A stretch of DNA of 64,000 bases from Aplysia californica. Its lineage: Eukaryota. How positions within the stretch are numbered: position 1 is the stretch's first letter; the number at the start of each line of letters is the position of its first letter. Where the stretch lies: contig NW_004797845.1 in assembly GCF_000002075.1 (NCBI RefSeq), forward strand, positions 423,351 to 487,350. The letters run 5' to 3'. The notes beneath the pieces were generated by a model. That model had not been told where the DNA came from, did no database searches, and was given only the letters and a program-made list of their open reading frames with translations. The position numbers and the translations under genes are program-made. This document shows positions 1 to 13,199 of this stretch, one piece after another.

Positions 1-21
1 ATATATAATATATATATGTCG

Positions 22-385
22 TTTCAATTAGCTAGGAATATTTTGAATTTTGCCCGGGTGGCGGCCGAAGCCTACTCTTCTTATCGATTTTAGGATCACA
101 AAAGGATTTTTAACATGCACAACTTGCACATGGGACCTCCGATATTCTTCGCCCGAGAAGGCTTTACAGGTGCTAGATCTTACCTTCCTATTAAGATCAG
201 GGGCGTGGCTGAAAGACAGCAGTAAGAATGAGCCAAGCAGTAGTAGTAGAAAGGCTGCAGAAAACGCCAGGAGCCCCGGGGAGTGAGGGGAAAAAGGGGG
301 GGGGGGGCAGAAAGTGGAGACGAAAGCAGACTACAAAACATGGTTTGGAGAATAGGAAAGGAGGTGAAAGGAAAACAATTAGTAT
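22..385 (-). mobile_element. tRNA-derived SINE family A, partial copy
   Basis: Reverse complement matches the body of the 37754-38280 element. Confidence 0.8.
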
Positions 386-2040
386 AATAATAATGATAAT
401 AATGAACAATCATGTCAGAATATAACGAGAGTTCAAAGGAATAAGGAACGACCATGAAAAAAAATGTAATTATTCCACGTAGGCCTGTTTAACCCTATCC
501 GTAAGATGTGTTTTACTATCGTATCCTTACGACGTGGACGTGGGGAACTCTGTGCCACAACTTTCCAAAGAGGAAATTTACTCGTTAATCCGATCCGTGC
601 TCTTTGCATTGCAGTGTGTGAAAATGACTTTTTGAGAAATACTGAGTTTCAAAGAGATTCTTCGTACTAGAAGTATTCTAAAATGTGAAGAATACAACCC
701 CAGGGATACAACTGATCCCAGGGCGTACGCAATGACTATAAATACCATGATAAAGCAATGGGGCGAAAAGCGTGTTAGCTCACGAAACTCCCTGGGGGAA
801 TGTCTGTGCGTCAACCGACGGTCAACCGCTGACCTGCTTCCTTATCAGCGCGCACCGGGTACGGGAAGTGCAGCTGGTTGTTCCATTGTTAGAGACCATT
901 AAAAGCTTTAAATATTATGTTGGTTTGAAGGTGAAAGCTTGCATGTGACCAAGGCACATACAACCAGACGGTTTTAGAACACTAAACTAAGTCTCACCCA
1001 GGGGCGGCTCGTGGGACCTAAAAAGTTGACGTGCACACACAGAATTCTACACTTATAGAACGGGAACTGTACCACGTGACCTGTGAGGAATTGAAGACCG
1101 AAAACAATGGCGTCTTGAGGGCACTATTTATCGTTTTCGGAAGTATCCCTATAGCTTTTAAAGCAAGAGCGGCTTTTACAAACGAGTGAAAAGTGGAACA
1201 TTTACTGTCCAGTTTGTAATTTTGAGTTACAGAATTCACTGTGCAACTAGAGATTGGAATTAAGGTTTTAAATTGTTGTGTTTTGGAGTGCAACAACAGA
1301 AAAAGCAGACATACAGAGTTTATATAGATATATATAAGATCTACAGAACTTTAAAAAATTCAAAGCACTTCTAGCTTCCCACACACATTTTGCATACGCA
1401 TATGGCCTACGTAGTTTTTTAGTAGTAAAATTTATTACATTAAATTTGTTTTACACTGAACATATTTTTTCACTAGATCTTATTAATGTTCTCAAAACAT
1501 GCGTTCAATAATTAGCTTTATGTCGCCAGCAGAAGTAGAAAAAAGGACGGACTTGCTTTTAAAAGAGATTTAGCTCCAGCTATAAACTTTTTAAAAATCT
1601 GTAGAAACCATTGACTGGGATTTTTTTTTTTATATATTGGGCTAGTATTTATTAAAGAATTTTCTTTAAAGAAATTTCTAGAATAATATAGAACCTATAG
1701 ATGTGTACAAATGTTTGAAAAAAATACTCATCGGTTAAGACGAATTGATATAGATCTAAGTCATTGTGTAAAAGTAGGAGAATCTAGATCTAGGTGTTTG
1801 ATAGTTCAGTAGCCTAGATATTTGATAATAAGTTGCGCATCAAATTTTTGACCGCATGCTACAGTAGTGAAGATAGCGTATTATTTTCGTCCGAAACATT
1901 AATTTCCGCATCCATACACCTTTTTGAGCCTTTATAAGCACATGTAGTCCTACTTTAATTATGTTTTTGTTTTTGAAAGCATTTTCAATTCCTTTCACTT
2001 TCACTTCCCACGCGCTGGCACATATAATTATGATTATAAT

Positions 2041-2632
2041 TTAAGATTCCAAATCTGACGAATGTATTATTAAATAGGGTATAATGCTGAGTTAGCCAAT
2101 GCATTGCAATGCGCACTATTATCAATTGATCGAATTGTAACAAGACTTCAATTTGATCCGTAACAAGAGACCACTTATTTTTTTATACGTGTTCATGAAT
2201 GTGTGTTTGTTTACTGTGTGCGGGGATTAAAAATTAAAGATTAAAGATTCCAGATCTGACGAATGTATTTATAAAATAGCGTAATAGTGCTGGGTTAGCC
2301 GATGCCTTGCGATACTTGCTTTTATCAATTAATTGATTTGTAACAGGACTTCGATTTGATCCGTAACAAGACAACACTTATTTTTTCTTATACGTGTTTA
2401 AAAATGTGTGTTTGTTTACTGTGTGCGGGCATTAAAGATTCCAGGTCTGACGAATGTATTTATTAAATAGCATATAGGCCTATAGGGCAGGGGTGGCCAA
2501 CGCATTGCGATACGCACTTTTATCAATTAATCGAATTGAAACAGGACTTCAATTTGATCCGTAACAACAGACCACTTATTTTTTCTTGTTCGTGTTCCAA
2601 AATATGTGTTTGTTTACTGTGTGCGGGGATTA
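2041..2632. repeat. Tandem repeat, 3 x ~195 bp, inside the hAT element
   Basis: Units begin aagattcc(a/g)..tctgacgaatgtatt and end tgtgtttgtttactgtgtgcggg. Confidence 0.9.
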
Positions 2633-3019
2633 CAGGGGGACAAGCCCATCCCCTCGACATGTGATCCAGAGTATGGGGATACATTTTTCTCAAAATGCAC
2701 ACAGCTCTGAAATCCTTGACCAGTGATCACTCGCCATGGAACTCTTTCTGTTGTGACTGTAGACACAAGTTTCTTCATTATCACATCTGAATGAGCCTCT
2801 CATTCATGCATTAGAAATCACACTCCCAACACACAGAAAATGACTTTGAACATATATTCAGGAAACATAATATGCCAGTTCCACTCTTATTTACTTTGTT
2901 TTGCATTATTGGCTTTTATGTGTAAAACAATATTTAGAGGCCTTTTCTGCATTTTTGTGTTTTTGGCAGCATGTACAATAGGCCTATGTATTTTATGTGC
3001 AACCGACACATTCTCCAAT

Positions 3020-3185
3020 CGTAGATCTAGATCTAGTACTAATCAAGACTATATCTAGATACTTTTCCAACAGAGTTAATGTTCATAATTAGTGTTATTA
3101 TCAAGTGTATTGTGATTGTGAAGATCTTTAGTAGATCTAGATCTAGTAGTAGATCTAGAGATCTAGATCTATCTAGATCTAGATC
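3020..3185. repeat. (TAGATC)n palindromic hexamer microsatellite
   Basis: Runs of tagatctaga; also at 6668-6755, ~7895 and ~62910. Confidence 0.85.
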
Positions 3186-3390
3186 CCATCCCATCCCATC
3201 ATTAAAAAAACAACAACAAACCAACAATACAGATACAAAAACATTGTAACATTGCCAATTATGACATATTGTTGGCAGTAAAAATGTACTAGACTATTTC
3301 ACTATATTTCCTCTTCGAAGAAAGTTTTAAAATACTGATGTAACTTAATGTAAGGTGTCTTCCAAGCCCTACCACTAGCATCAGCGTGCA

Positions 3391-4120
3391 TAGCAACGCG
3401 AAGCCTCGCTGTGCGGCGCAGCCAAAGGTGCCCTCAACTGGCCGCCATGTTTTAGTTTCAATTCCTCACAGCGAATCGGCGATCGCGAAGAGGGAGTTCC
3501 GCTTCTATAAGTGTAGAATTCTGTGCGTGCACATTAAGCTATCGCATGCTGAAAAGAGTCAATGGCATAGAATTTTATTTTTATTCTTTTTACTTGTTGC
3601 TTTGATTTCTAGTACTAAATTTGTTTGTTAGCTAAACATCAATTTCGTTCGTCCTGTATTGGAACTGAACCCTCAAGTAATAACTTTCACTACTCCACTA
3701 CAAAACCATTAAAAGGCACAACTCATAGGGCCGTCACGTTCACCTCCCTCAGGTTAGCGGTCACAGAGTCACTTAAAATAGTGGCAAGACAGACAATGAA
3801 CCAATCACAATTCGCTTGAGCACTCCGCTGGATTGCTCCGGGGCTCACATTATCTTGGCAAAGATAATAGCGCACGGTCTATCGCGTTTATTTTTAGACT
3901 ACCTACTGCGGGCTATGTTTCGGCACTATTCGGCAGGAGCACATTTGAGATGTGCCGTCTTATTAATATTAATGCACCGCCTAACTCGCTACGAGTGTCG
4001 TCATCGCTTGGGATATCCCCAATAGTGATTTATAGGTCAGGTTACACTGTTGAATATCCTATTATGTTTAGCTAAAGTGCGTGGACTTTAGCATGGCATA
4101 GTAGATGCTTCACGGCGCTA
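3391..4120. mobile_element. Possible TIR element with TAG...CTA ends (Academ-like), nested in hAT
   Basis: Imperfect ~25-bp inverted termini TAGCAACGCGAAGCCTC / GATGCTTCACGGCGCTA; no clear TSD. Confidence 0.4.
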
Positions 4121-6667
4121 TAGACACATAAATGACAGTTATGACGCCAGCGAGGACCATGTTTTGATATGATATTTGGTTAGTGTTTGTTTCTGGCTTC
4201 TTTTATTCTATTATTGTGGGTGTTTTACGTAAAAGAACATTAAACAATTTTGGGCGGCACTGCACGACCGTGCTCAAAGGACGAACCGCGCCTGGTCTCA
4301 CCCCCGAAAAGCCTTTTTTGTTTTATCACGAGGGTGATAAAATCAGTCCTGTTTGATCCTCCACACTTAATTAAGAATTAGAAACAATTTGTTGATCTAC
4401 CACAATTTCTGAGGGCCTAATCATCATGATGATACTGCGAGCTGGGCAGTTATTGAAAATTTCTATGAAAAAGACAGTGCCTTAAAGGTTTATTCAGGGT
4501 GGCACCCAAGTTAACCAACTGTGAGTCAAGTTTTGGATAACAAGGGTTTGTTTGGCTGTGCACGTGCTTAATCGCAGTGTATCAAAAGCAATTAAATTGG
4601 GACATTATATGTAGGCCTATCTCGGAATTTATCCTTTGTCTGACATCGCTATATCTGATTTTTGTAATGACTTTTATGATCTTTTCAGCGTTTTCATTTG
4701 GTCACTTGTGTCATTCTCTCTCGAATATCGTAACCCAGTCACAACTACAGCGCAGCGCCATGAATTTTTGCAGCAGACACTTCTGTGGTTGAAAGATAAT
4801 TCATGAAGTATGGCCCTGAAGACAAAAAGAAAGTTACAAAAGCATTAATATGAGTCAGTGAGTGGATCCACACCATCACTGCTTTGCAAGGTCTTGTGAC
4901 AGACATTGTGAGCTGCAATGGGGGATTACTTACAGTGATATCAAGATGAACTTGAACATCTGTTCTCAATCACCATGAGAGGAAAAGGTGGACATATTTC
5001 TTGACAATCCAGACCCCCCCCCCCCCCCCCACCCACACACAAGTTACATTTTCGTTTGAAGAGACAGAATGGCCGACAAAATTATGATCGCATCGCCTTC
5101 AAGCAGTTGCAGGGATGCAGTGGATAGCTTTTCGATAAATCAAAATCTAACGAGTAAGAATTTCAGTTAAAAAATAGTTGCAATTCCGGTAGACCTTGAT
5201 AAAGAACACAGACACATTGTTAATGTTGTTTAATTTTGCAATACATTAAAGATGCAATGCACTTAAAAATGAAATTTCTGACGTAGAGGATACACTTTGA
5301 AGAAACTTTATGATGTTAGTCTGCAAGGACTGTACAGGGATATTGGAAGATTCCTCTTCTTCCCATGCAAGGCACCTGACCCTCATCAGCCAGAAACAGT
5401 TTGAACATTATTGTCAAGGTGGCTTGAAAAAGCCAGTTTTAAACTTGTGGTATTTGTTGGTTTGTTTGAAGCTGGTTTTTTTAAACCTTTGATGAACAGA
5501 GTGCACAGTAGACAGAATCTAAATTTGAAAATGCTCCAGGAGCCAAATGTAATTGAAAACAAAGGCGATTCCTGCAAATGCAATACAGTGGACTATGAGT
5601 CAGTGTATATTAACGTCACACTGCACGATGATCTTTACAATTACAGTTTTACAGTGCAGTAAAAAATTCGTGGCGCAACTTGTCCTCCAACATCTCTTTA
5701 ACGGGTTAATGTCCTAAACTTTGCACAGCAGTTTGTACTGTATCAAATTTATCTTAACGTATTCATATTTTTCCACAATTGATTCTAGATTTAAAAACGT
5801 ATAGACTCATGAATTGATATAAAATACTCTAAAATGTGGTCAACTTGTCACCCCACAGCTCGTGTTATAGTAACACTGCCTGCGTGTGTGGTGTGAGCTC
5901 ATTAATGCGCAGAGCAACGCGCACAGTCGTTGACCTCGATTCTTCGATAGCGCACAAAGGCTGAAGAAGGATTGCACCGTCTCGGTATTTACGGGCTCTG
6001 GGCGTACGGATACTGGATAGGGTTTATTAAATAAAAAGAGTCCTACTGTCTGTTGCTCGAGGATCTGGGTCTTCGACCATCTCGCCTCGAATCTTGAATT
6101 CAAAGCTCGAAGACTCAGACAGTATGTGAAACTTCAAAGAGAATATGCACGAAACAAATAAAAAGAGTGGGGTATGTTTTGTAATATAATTTTGGAAACT
6201 CAAGTACAAACTGCGCTAGGCCATACGGGTCTTGAAATCCACTATTATAAGTCTATATAAAATATTGTTGTAGATGTAGCCTATACTGTACTGTTTATCC
6301 CCACAAAGAGAAGCTTGTCAACAACCGTTTATGTTTTTATTTAGACCTAGATTTAGTTCCTTTCACTACTTCCGGTTATTGACTGGGCCTAGTCAATGAC
6401 TAAATAAGTAAGAAGAACAACGAGCAGTGAATGAAAATAGAGACTTTATTTTTAATCAAAAGCGGATACAAATCAAACTGTAAGCACGTTACAATATGAT
6501 TTCTTATTTTATTTATTTTAATTGGGCATTACATTCAAAATATCCGTGTAAATTGGAGAAAAAAAAACCCAATAAACGTTTGATAGGGGAAAAATGTCTT
6601 ATCATGATGGGTGTTGTTTACAGTTTTTTAGAAGTTTATTAGTTTGGTCCTTGGTAGAAATCTTGAT

Positions 6668-6755
6668 TTCTAGATCTAGATCTAGTTAGATCTAAATCTA
6701 GATCTAGATTCTAGAATCTAGATATCTAGTCTAGATCTAGAATCTAGATCTAGAT
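6668..6755. repeat. (TAGATC)n palindromic microsatellite
   Basis: Directly visible. Confidence 0.85.
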
Positions 6756-8589
6756 CAGTATGTTGAATTGTTTTCTCGTAACTTGTGTGACTGTACTGTA
6801 AGTGTTTCTGTGTAGTGTTGTAAGTGTTGTTGTATTCTAGCCCTCATCCTGCGGGAGCCGGGTTTATGTAGCCTGATAAGCCTATTTCGGCACCTCGCCT
6901 ACGTTCTGGTCCCGAATCAGTGTAGCTCCTGGCTCAGCGCATGCGCAGCGCGCGTCCTCGTACGTGTCATTCGGGTCCCGAGTTGGATCCCCATTCACGC
7001 AGGTCAAGTGTGTGTGCGTCAGTCTGCTTGAGTTTGTGTGCTTTTGTGGCCTTCTTCTAGAACCGCCTGCGTTGGTTCGTAATCGAGGCATACGTCTCAT
7101 TCAAAACATGCCAAGTTGGTAGCTCTAGATGTTCGTCCAATGAAATTATAGAAGAAATTGACCCACTTAGACATGAGGAGCTGAAAAGGATAGTCAGGAA
7201 ACAAAAGACTTCCATTTTTCTATACAAAATATTTCAAATGAGCTTGATTTTGTATGAAATGATACTACCTGATAAAAAATAAGCTTATTTGATAGTTTTG
7301 TATACCATTGCGCAGGTACAAAGAACAATTTGAGTGTAAAACATTTGGAAATTGACCTAAATTATCCCCTTTCGAACCTCAGCCTCAGGTCATTCATAAC
7401 AACAAGAAGAGCGTCCAGAAAGGTTATTCGAATGGGCGTAACTACTCGTAATGTCTTATGAGCTTGTGAGAGGGGGTTATTCATGTGTTTGTAACACTTT
7501 ATAAATAGAAAGCTATGAAGGATAGAGCGTTATTTTCATCATCAGTTAACACTCTCCCTCGGTATTCATGGCGAAAACACACGTTTGCCGGCGCACGGGC
7601 TGTACACCAACAGTACACACTGAGTGACTCCGGCGGCCTGCCCGGCACGTCCGACGCAATCGGTTGCTGATAAGATACGCATCTGGGCACAGACGCAGGA
7701 TAAGAGCTGGAATCTAGAGATCTATCTGATTCAGGACTGAATGGTTGTTGCATCACGAAACTGCTGTTATCATCAGGACTGTTCATCATGTGTTATCATA
7801 TGCCACAAGCAAGAACTCAAAACAAAGTAGGCCTAGGCTATTTTAACAGGAATTCCTAAAGTATGTTGACTCAGATCTTTTCTGCTAGATTTTTAGATCT
7901 AGATCTAGATATCTAGCACAATTTAGCCTGCCTGCAGTGCAATCAGCAATGTTTTTGTATACTGGGTGCCCATTGGTATGAATGATTGGGTCGGGTCGGT
8001 TTGCTAGCCATATTGAGGGCTCAAATCGGCTATCGTGTGACATGCAGCTAAATGTAAAGACGCATCTGCCTGATTGGCTGCTTATTTTAGTAATGTGATG
8101 TCATCACATTCTGAGATACCCACAGACTATTTTTAGAAGATTGCGGAGAAACCAAAGATTCTCTACTACACTACTCACTACACGATCTTTGGAGATACCG
8201 CATGGAACGACATGTTGGGTCAGCATCTTGACCTATTATAATCCGTACCAATGTGTTTCGCACGCTAAAATTTCACACTTGCGGCTAACTGCAGCACGTC
8301 AGCCATGCTCTGGTGATGGAAGATTGCTTAGATCGTTGATGCTCAGAACGGTATGAACACTGATGCTTGAAATTGAAACACGGTAAACGCAAAGACAATA
8401 AAGCGCGCTAAAATTGCTGTAAAGATGCCAGGAGATAAGCAGCAGCATCATCGGAGCACCGCATCATATCACATTACCGATACGTCTCCTGGAAAAACGT
8501 CTCACCAATGTAGGTATACATGATCTTTGGTGCCATGCGGTTGGATATGTTTAGATCACGTAGTCACGTGCAGTGCTTCCACTCTTCCG

Positions 8590-9110
8590 TATTTTTACAG
8601 AAATCCATACTTTCTGCCAGTACCGTACTTGTTCCTCCATCATTATCAACTCCCTCCATAAAAAAACTGCGACAGCGCAGGACTGCCGAAATTCCGTACT
8701 TACCTTCGTATCGTCATGCATAAGTTACGGATATTTACGGTAATTTTCTCGGCAACAAGTTAAAGATATAGAAACCTGCCAGATTGCGCATTTCATGCTA
8801 TTGGTCATTATTCCGCTATGTCCCATGCATTCATTGCGGGTTGGTCGGCAGTACACTTTTTTACCTGCAGATGGATCAAAATCTGGCGTACCTTTTGTGC
8901 CAATTTCCTCCTTTCTATCATTCACTCATTCCTTCTGTCTGTCTTCGGATTGTTGCTGTGGCTGGAAAATCTGCGCGTTGATCAAGTAAATTGACTTGTG
9001 ATCTTAGTAAATTACTGTCTGAAAGGAACTTTATTTGCAAATTTGTTTAGATCTAGAGAAATTATCAATGCGAAGATTCTACGGCACGTGAACGCAATAA
9101 GGGCCGCGAT
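8590..9110 (+). repeat. Dispersed repeat (unclassified TE), second copy at ~23740-24210
   Basis: Shared blocks aaatcc(a/g)tac...gatatttacgg...gccagattgcgcattt...tctgtctgtcttcgg...gctggaaaatctg. Confidence 0.7.
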
Positions 9111-9137
9111 GAAAGTTGAAAGAAATATATGTGCTGA

Positions 9138-10035
9138 TACGGGGGTACCCACTACGGATGGGATTGGCCGATCGCGCTGATCGCCCGAATCGGTCGCCTA
9201 CGGGGTGCCCACTACGGCTGGGATCGGCCGATCAGGCCGATTGCCCGACTCGATCGCCTCAAAAACAAACGTGTTTGTTTTCAGGTTCAGGCGATCGAGT
9301 TGGGCGATCGGCCCGATCCAGCCATAGGTAAAATCAAAAAGAATTCGAAGTAATGTTCTGAGGCTGTGGCTGGCGATATTCAGACGTGAAAATTGAGAAA
9401 AAAAATTGGGTATATGCTGCGCAACTGTATTTTGAAGGTACATCTATTCATTATTCCCAGGTTTGCCTGCCATCAATGGTGCGACGACAAATTAATTGGA
9501 TTATAGTAGCAATGAAAGGGGAACCTGCTTTTAAACATTGCCAGCAATGGAAAGATATGTTGGTGAAGAAATCAAACAAGACAAAATGTTGGTGAAAATA
9601 TAAATGTTATGGGCTGTAGGCAGTCTCTTCAAACAGGCTCCCAAATGCCATTTTCACCCCTCTAAAAGCACTACGTTTCAATTTCTTCGGGGGCTTCGCC
9701 CCCTGAACCCCCGGCGGGACTCTGTCCCTGGACCCTGCTGGGGGCCTGTGCGACCCCCAGACCCCTGGCAGAATTTTTCTTACTTTTCAGCTTCAGCTGG
9801 TGCAAGCACTGCACGTGATCGGAGGGGGTATCCCGGTCTGACATCACACAAGGTGACCGCCTTACCTAAAAATAGTTTGTGTTATTCTATGTTTAGTCGC
9901 ATGTGCTATCGTTGCACAAACCGATCGCCCGACATGTCTCCTCAAAAACGAACGCAAAACAATCGCTTTTGTTTTCAGGCAACGAGTCGGGCGATCAACC
10001 CGACCCAACCTGATCCCATCTGCAATGGGCGCCGG
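9138..10035. mobile_element. Harbinger-like MITE with duplicated left end and a nested hAT-type fragment (~9620-9810)
   Basis: Inverted termini GGTACCCACTACGGATGGGAT / ATCCCATCTGCAATGGGCGCC; internal GATCG-rich palindromes; ~60-bp tandem duplication 9138-9258. Confidence 0.55.
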
Positions 10036-10165
10036 AGGACTTGGGCATTGGGTTAGAAGGAAATGTAAGATAAAAGACAATTACCCTTTCTATAGGTGGC
10101 ACTTTAGAATCTATTTAAATGCCACTTATTGTTATATCTGATCTATATAATATATGTTCCACGCT

Positions 10166-10525
10166 AATAACCGTTCGGTGTAATCTTAAGATTGTCTTGC
10201 ACATTTCAATGATCGTATAATTGGGCTGCAATCTGAAGATATTGTGTTAATATTGTATATTTTTGAAATAATAAAAAAAAAAATTCACTTCCATCTGTAT
10301 TCTTTTACTCACATCAAGGAACATTCACATATAATTATTATATCTTCAAAAGTGTAAAAGTATGAAAATTAAAATTAAAATTGACATGAAACTGAAGAGC
10401 TCACAAGAATGATACAATTATAACGATCGTTAAAACGCAGCGCAGTCCTAAGATTGCTGTACAATTATAGTATGCGATAGTTAAAATGCACAAGGTAATT
10501 TTAAGATTGCACCGATCAGTAATTA
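10166..10525. mobile_element. MITE with long (>40 bp) imperfect TIRs
   Basis: taataaccgttcggtgtaatcttaagattgtcttgcacattt is the near reverse complement of aaatgcacaaggtaattttaagattgcaccgatcagtaatta. Confidence 0.7.
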
Positions 10526-10529
10526 GTCA

Positions 10530-10940
10530 CGGCTGTTCGGAAGCAGTATTTTAGTTCGCAGACAGCCAGCGCGCCATATCTTGTAATCTGACCCCGGTTA
10601 CGGGGTCTTGAACTCGTGGCCAGGGGAATTCCTCGTGTCCCGCTGACACAGTGATCTATAAAATGAGATGTTAAACAGGCTTCTAGGTTTATCAGATCTG
10701 GAGAAATAAAGAGGGAACGTGATACAAAAATTGCCGGAACAGAGTTACACAGGCACGGCGGCGGGCATCGCTATTGTGGCGGTTTAAGCGTGGGAATGGC
10801 CGACTGACACTGATTTATTACCTTCGTGTGGAAGGTCTGACGGGGGCTCGGTCAATATCTAAAGTACCACTTTCAGTGGGATTTTAGCTGCCGTGTAGTG
10901 CGGAACATTTATTTAAGTAGAGAAGTTTACTTACACCAGT
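10530..10940 (+). promoter_or_regulatory. Probable promoter / first non-coding exon of the UBR gene
   Basis: CpG-enriched stretch ~2.3 kb upstream of the ATG exon, which has its own acceptor and so needs an upstream exon; YY1-like GCGCCAT near 10572; TSS not determinable. Confidence 0.45.
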
Positions 10941-13148
10941 AGGCTAATAATAGTTGTAGCCTTGTGCTTATCTAACAATTTATAAACCATAGAGGCGTAG
11001 CCACTGTAGGGCTAGGGTTTCTTTAAAGCCTAACCATCAGCATAATTTCCTTTTTCCTTTTTTGAACTGAATTTGATATCAATTTAACGAGTGATTTTTA
11101 TGATTCATGTGCCTTTGTGGTGACGTACATTTTTAATAGCCTTTTTGTGTAGCTCTGCTCTGTTTATTATAGTAGTATTAACTCATAATCTGAAGGCTTT
11201 ACCAGATGCATCTCTGATCAACTGATAAAACTAATTTCTTTGTACGTTCCCCACAGGTTGTCACCGGCCAGGGTCACTCAGTAGTCTAGCAGTCACCTGT
11301 GAATATCGTAGGGGTGTGTTGAGGAAAATAACACCTTATCATTTATTTCAAACACAATAAATATGTTTAGGAATGAATAACCTCCTCTCATAAAAATTGA
11401 TATATAAGTTATTATGAGCGGTAATGCCCATTCGAATAATCCATACTTTATTGTTATTATCATGAACGATATAGAGTTTGAAAGGAAAAAAAGTATTAGG
11501 AGAATTTCCAAATGGTTTGCTCTCAAATTTTTTCCTTCCTGAACTAGTTTTCACTTGACAGTGACAATGGTTTTAAGACCATCAAACAGAATTATTTTTA
11601 TCAGGAATAACATTTTGTGTAAAAATAATGTCACTTGGAAGATTTTTAAATAAAGAAATGGAAGTCTTATGTCCTGGTTATCGGTTCGAGTTCCTCATCA
11701 TGTTTTAGAAGTGCGTCACTTTGCTCAAATTTTATTGGATTAACATCAATAGACAACTTTACGTGTTCCAAATGAGACGTGTGCCTCAGTTTCGAATCAA
11801 CGCAGACGGTTCCAGAAGTAGACCACAAACGTTTAGTTGAATCAAACTGACACACACATACATACTTTGGCTGCAGAAATATATGAGACCCGCTGATTGC
11901 TCTGCTAGCATTGTAAGCTAAGTGGGGCCATGCTGATTTGGGACCCATTGGAAAGTGAGGGTACCTAAATACACTAATCAGTGTGCATAGAATTTGAGAC
12001 CTGGGTAATTCTTACCTTAAACCACTTGTGTAGAGTATATTTAGTTGTTGTTAATGCTCTTAGGCACTTGAGTTTGAGTGAATAACTTCTGGTTGCCTTA
12101 CTTTGGATTGGTCTCTTTGAATTGACTTTTATTACCCAATATATTCTCGGCTCGGTCTAAAACTCGATAGTCATGTGCTTAAAGTGCAGCTGTCGAAGTT
12201 GCGACTTCACGAAGTGATCTTTTTATGTTATGCTTATAGTGATGTTTGATTTTCACACACCATTTTGATAGCAACAAGGGATAACATTGTTGAAGATGTC
12301 AAAGAATTTGTTGTCTTTTACATTTTAATACCTGACTTGCTGTTTTAAACTTCAGATGTCTTTTTTTTCCCAGTCCCATCTGAAATTAAAATTTCCAGGC
12401 TAAAAGAATTTGGCATTTGTTTCCAGTTTTTACAATCAGTGTTTTCCTTTTAGGACCTATATTTTTTCAACGTGGGAAGGAAGGCTTAAAAGTCGTAATG
12501 TTGGTCTGTCCTTTGTTTACCTCTATTGTACTGTGTAAATTAGTATAGAGAGAGAGTATTTGCGTATGAATTATGTTTTTTTCTATACTCTTGGCATCTG
12601 ATTATCTTATGTGATCAAACCCATTGTTATAAGCTCAAGTAAACTTTGATTTTCATGTGTATTATTAATATAATATATTCTCTTTTTCTTTTAACAAAAG
12701 CTAAGCCACTGTAGTCTTTGCCAAATTGATTAGTAATATATATATATATATTAGCGGTACCGTCAATCTTGCTCAGTTTGAAGCATACATCCAGCTGATT
12801 AGGTTTGAATCTCATCATCAGGTTCCTTAGATAGAGCATGGACACTACTTTAAAAACTTTGACATTACCTTTGGAGCATCAAGAGGAAGCATCAAGATTG
12901 ACTATTGAAATTAAAATTTTATTTAATCATTTCCTTTGTCCAGCTACACGTTTTGCCTCACATCCTCTCCTAGTATGGCGAAATGTTCTACTGCTTCATT
13001 CCATGGTTGGTTTTTATTTATTTTTATTTTCTCTTTCAGGTCCACTAAATTGTTGGGTTTAACATCAGACAAGATCTTTGAGAACTTTTGCTTCTAACTG
13101 GGGACTCATGTTTCCGACAAAGTCTAACTTTTTCAACTGTTTGTGAGA

Positions 13149-13199
13149 ATGGACTCTTCAGGAGGTGTACAGGTGTTTGATCAAAAGGCTGTGATACAG
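13149..13199 (+). CDS. UBR2: UBR coding exon 1 ([17 protein letters not shown]); exon starts at 13040 with 5'UTR
   Basis: Strong Kozak context agaATGg; in-frame TAA upstream at 13125; acceptor ctctttcAG at 13039; donor GTTTGT; phase 0 matches exon 2. Confidence 0.75.

Larger units (their letters stand above)
999..4294. mobile_element. Non-autonomous hAT DNA transposon (3.3 kb)
   Basis: TIRs CAGGGGCGGCTCGT / ACGAACCGCGCCTG (12/14 match); perfect 8-bp TSD GTCTCACC at 991-998 and 4295-4302; no transposase ORF. Confidence 0.85.

Noticed and set aside
2041-2632. Direct-repeat array as CRISPR
   Set aside because: Eukaryotic context; ~195-bp contiguous units with no unique spacers and no cas genes
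4300-8500. Possible separate upstream or divergent gene (NRF1-like GCGCATGCGC near 6937, short ORFs)
   Set aside because: No coherent exon chain or recognisable protein on either strand; looks like decayed repeats, though a non-coding first exon cannot be excluded
9604-10056. 150-aa ORF
   Set aside because: Lies within MITE sequence; no domain similarity; no splice support
10622-10645. GGGAATTCCTCGTGTCCC resembling an HDV ribozyme L3 loop
   Set aside because: Could not find matching P1, P2 or P4 elements; more likely promoter sequence
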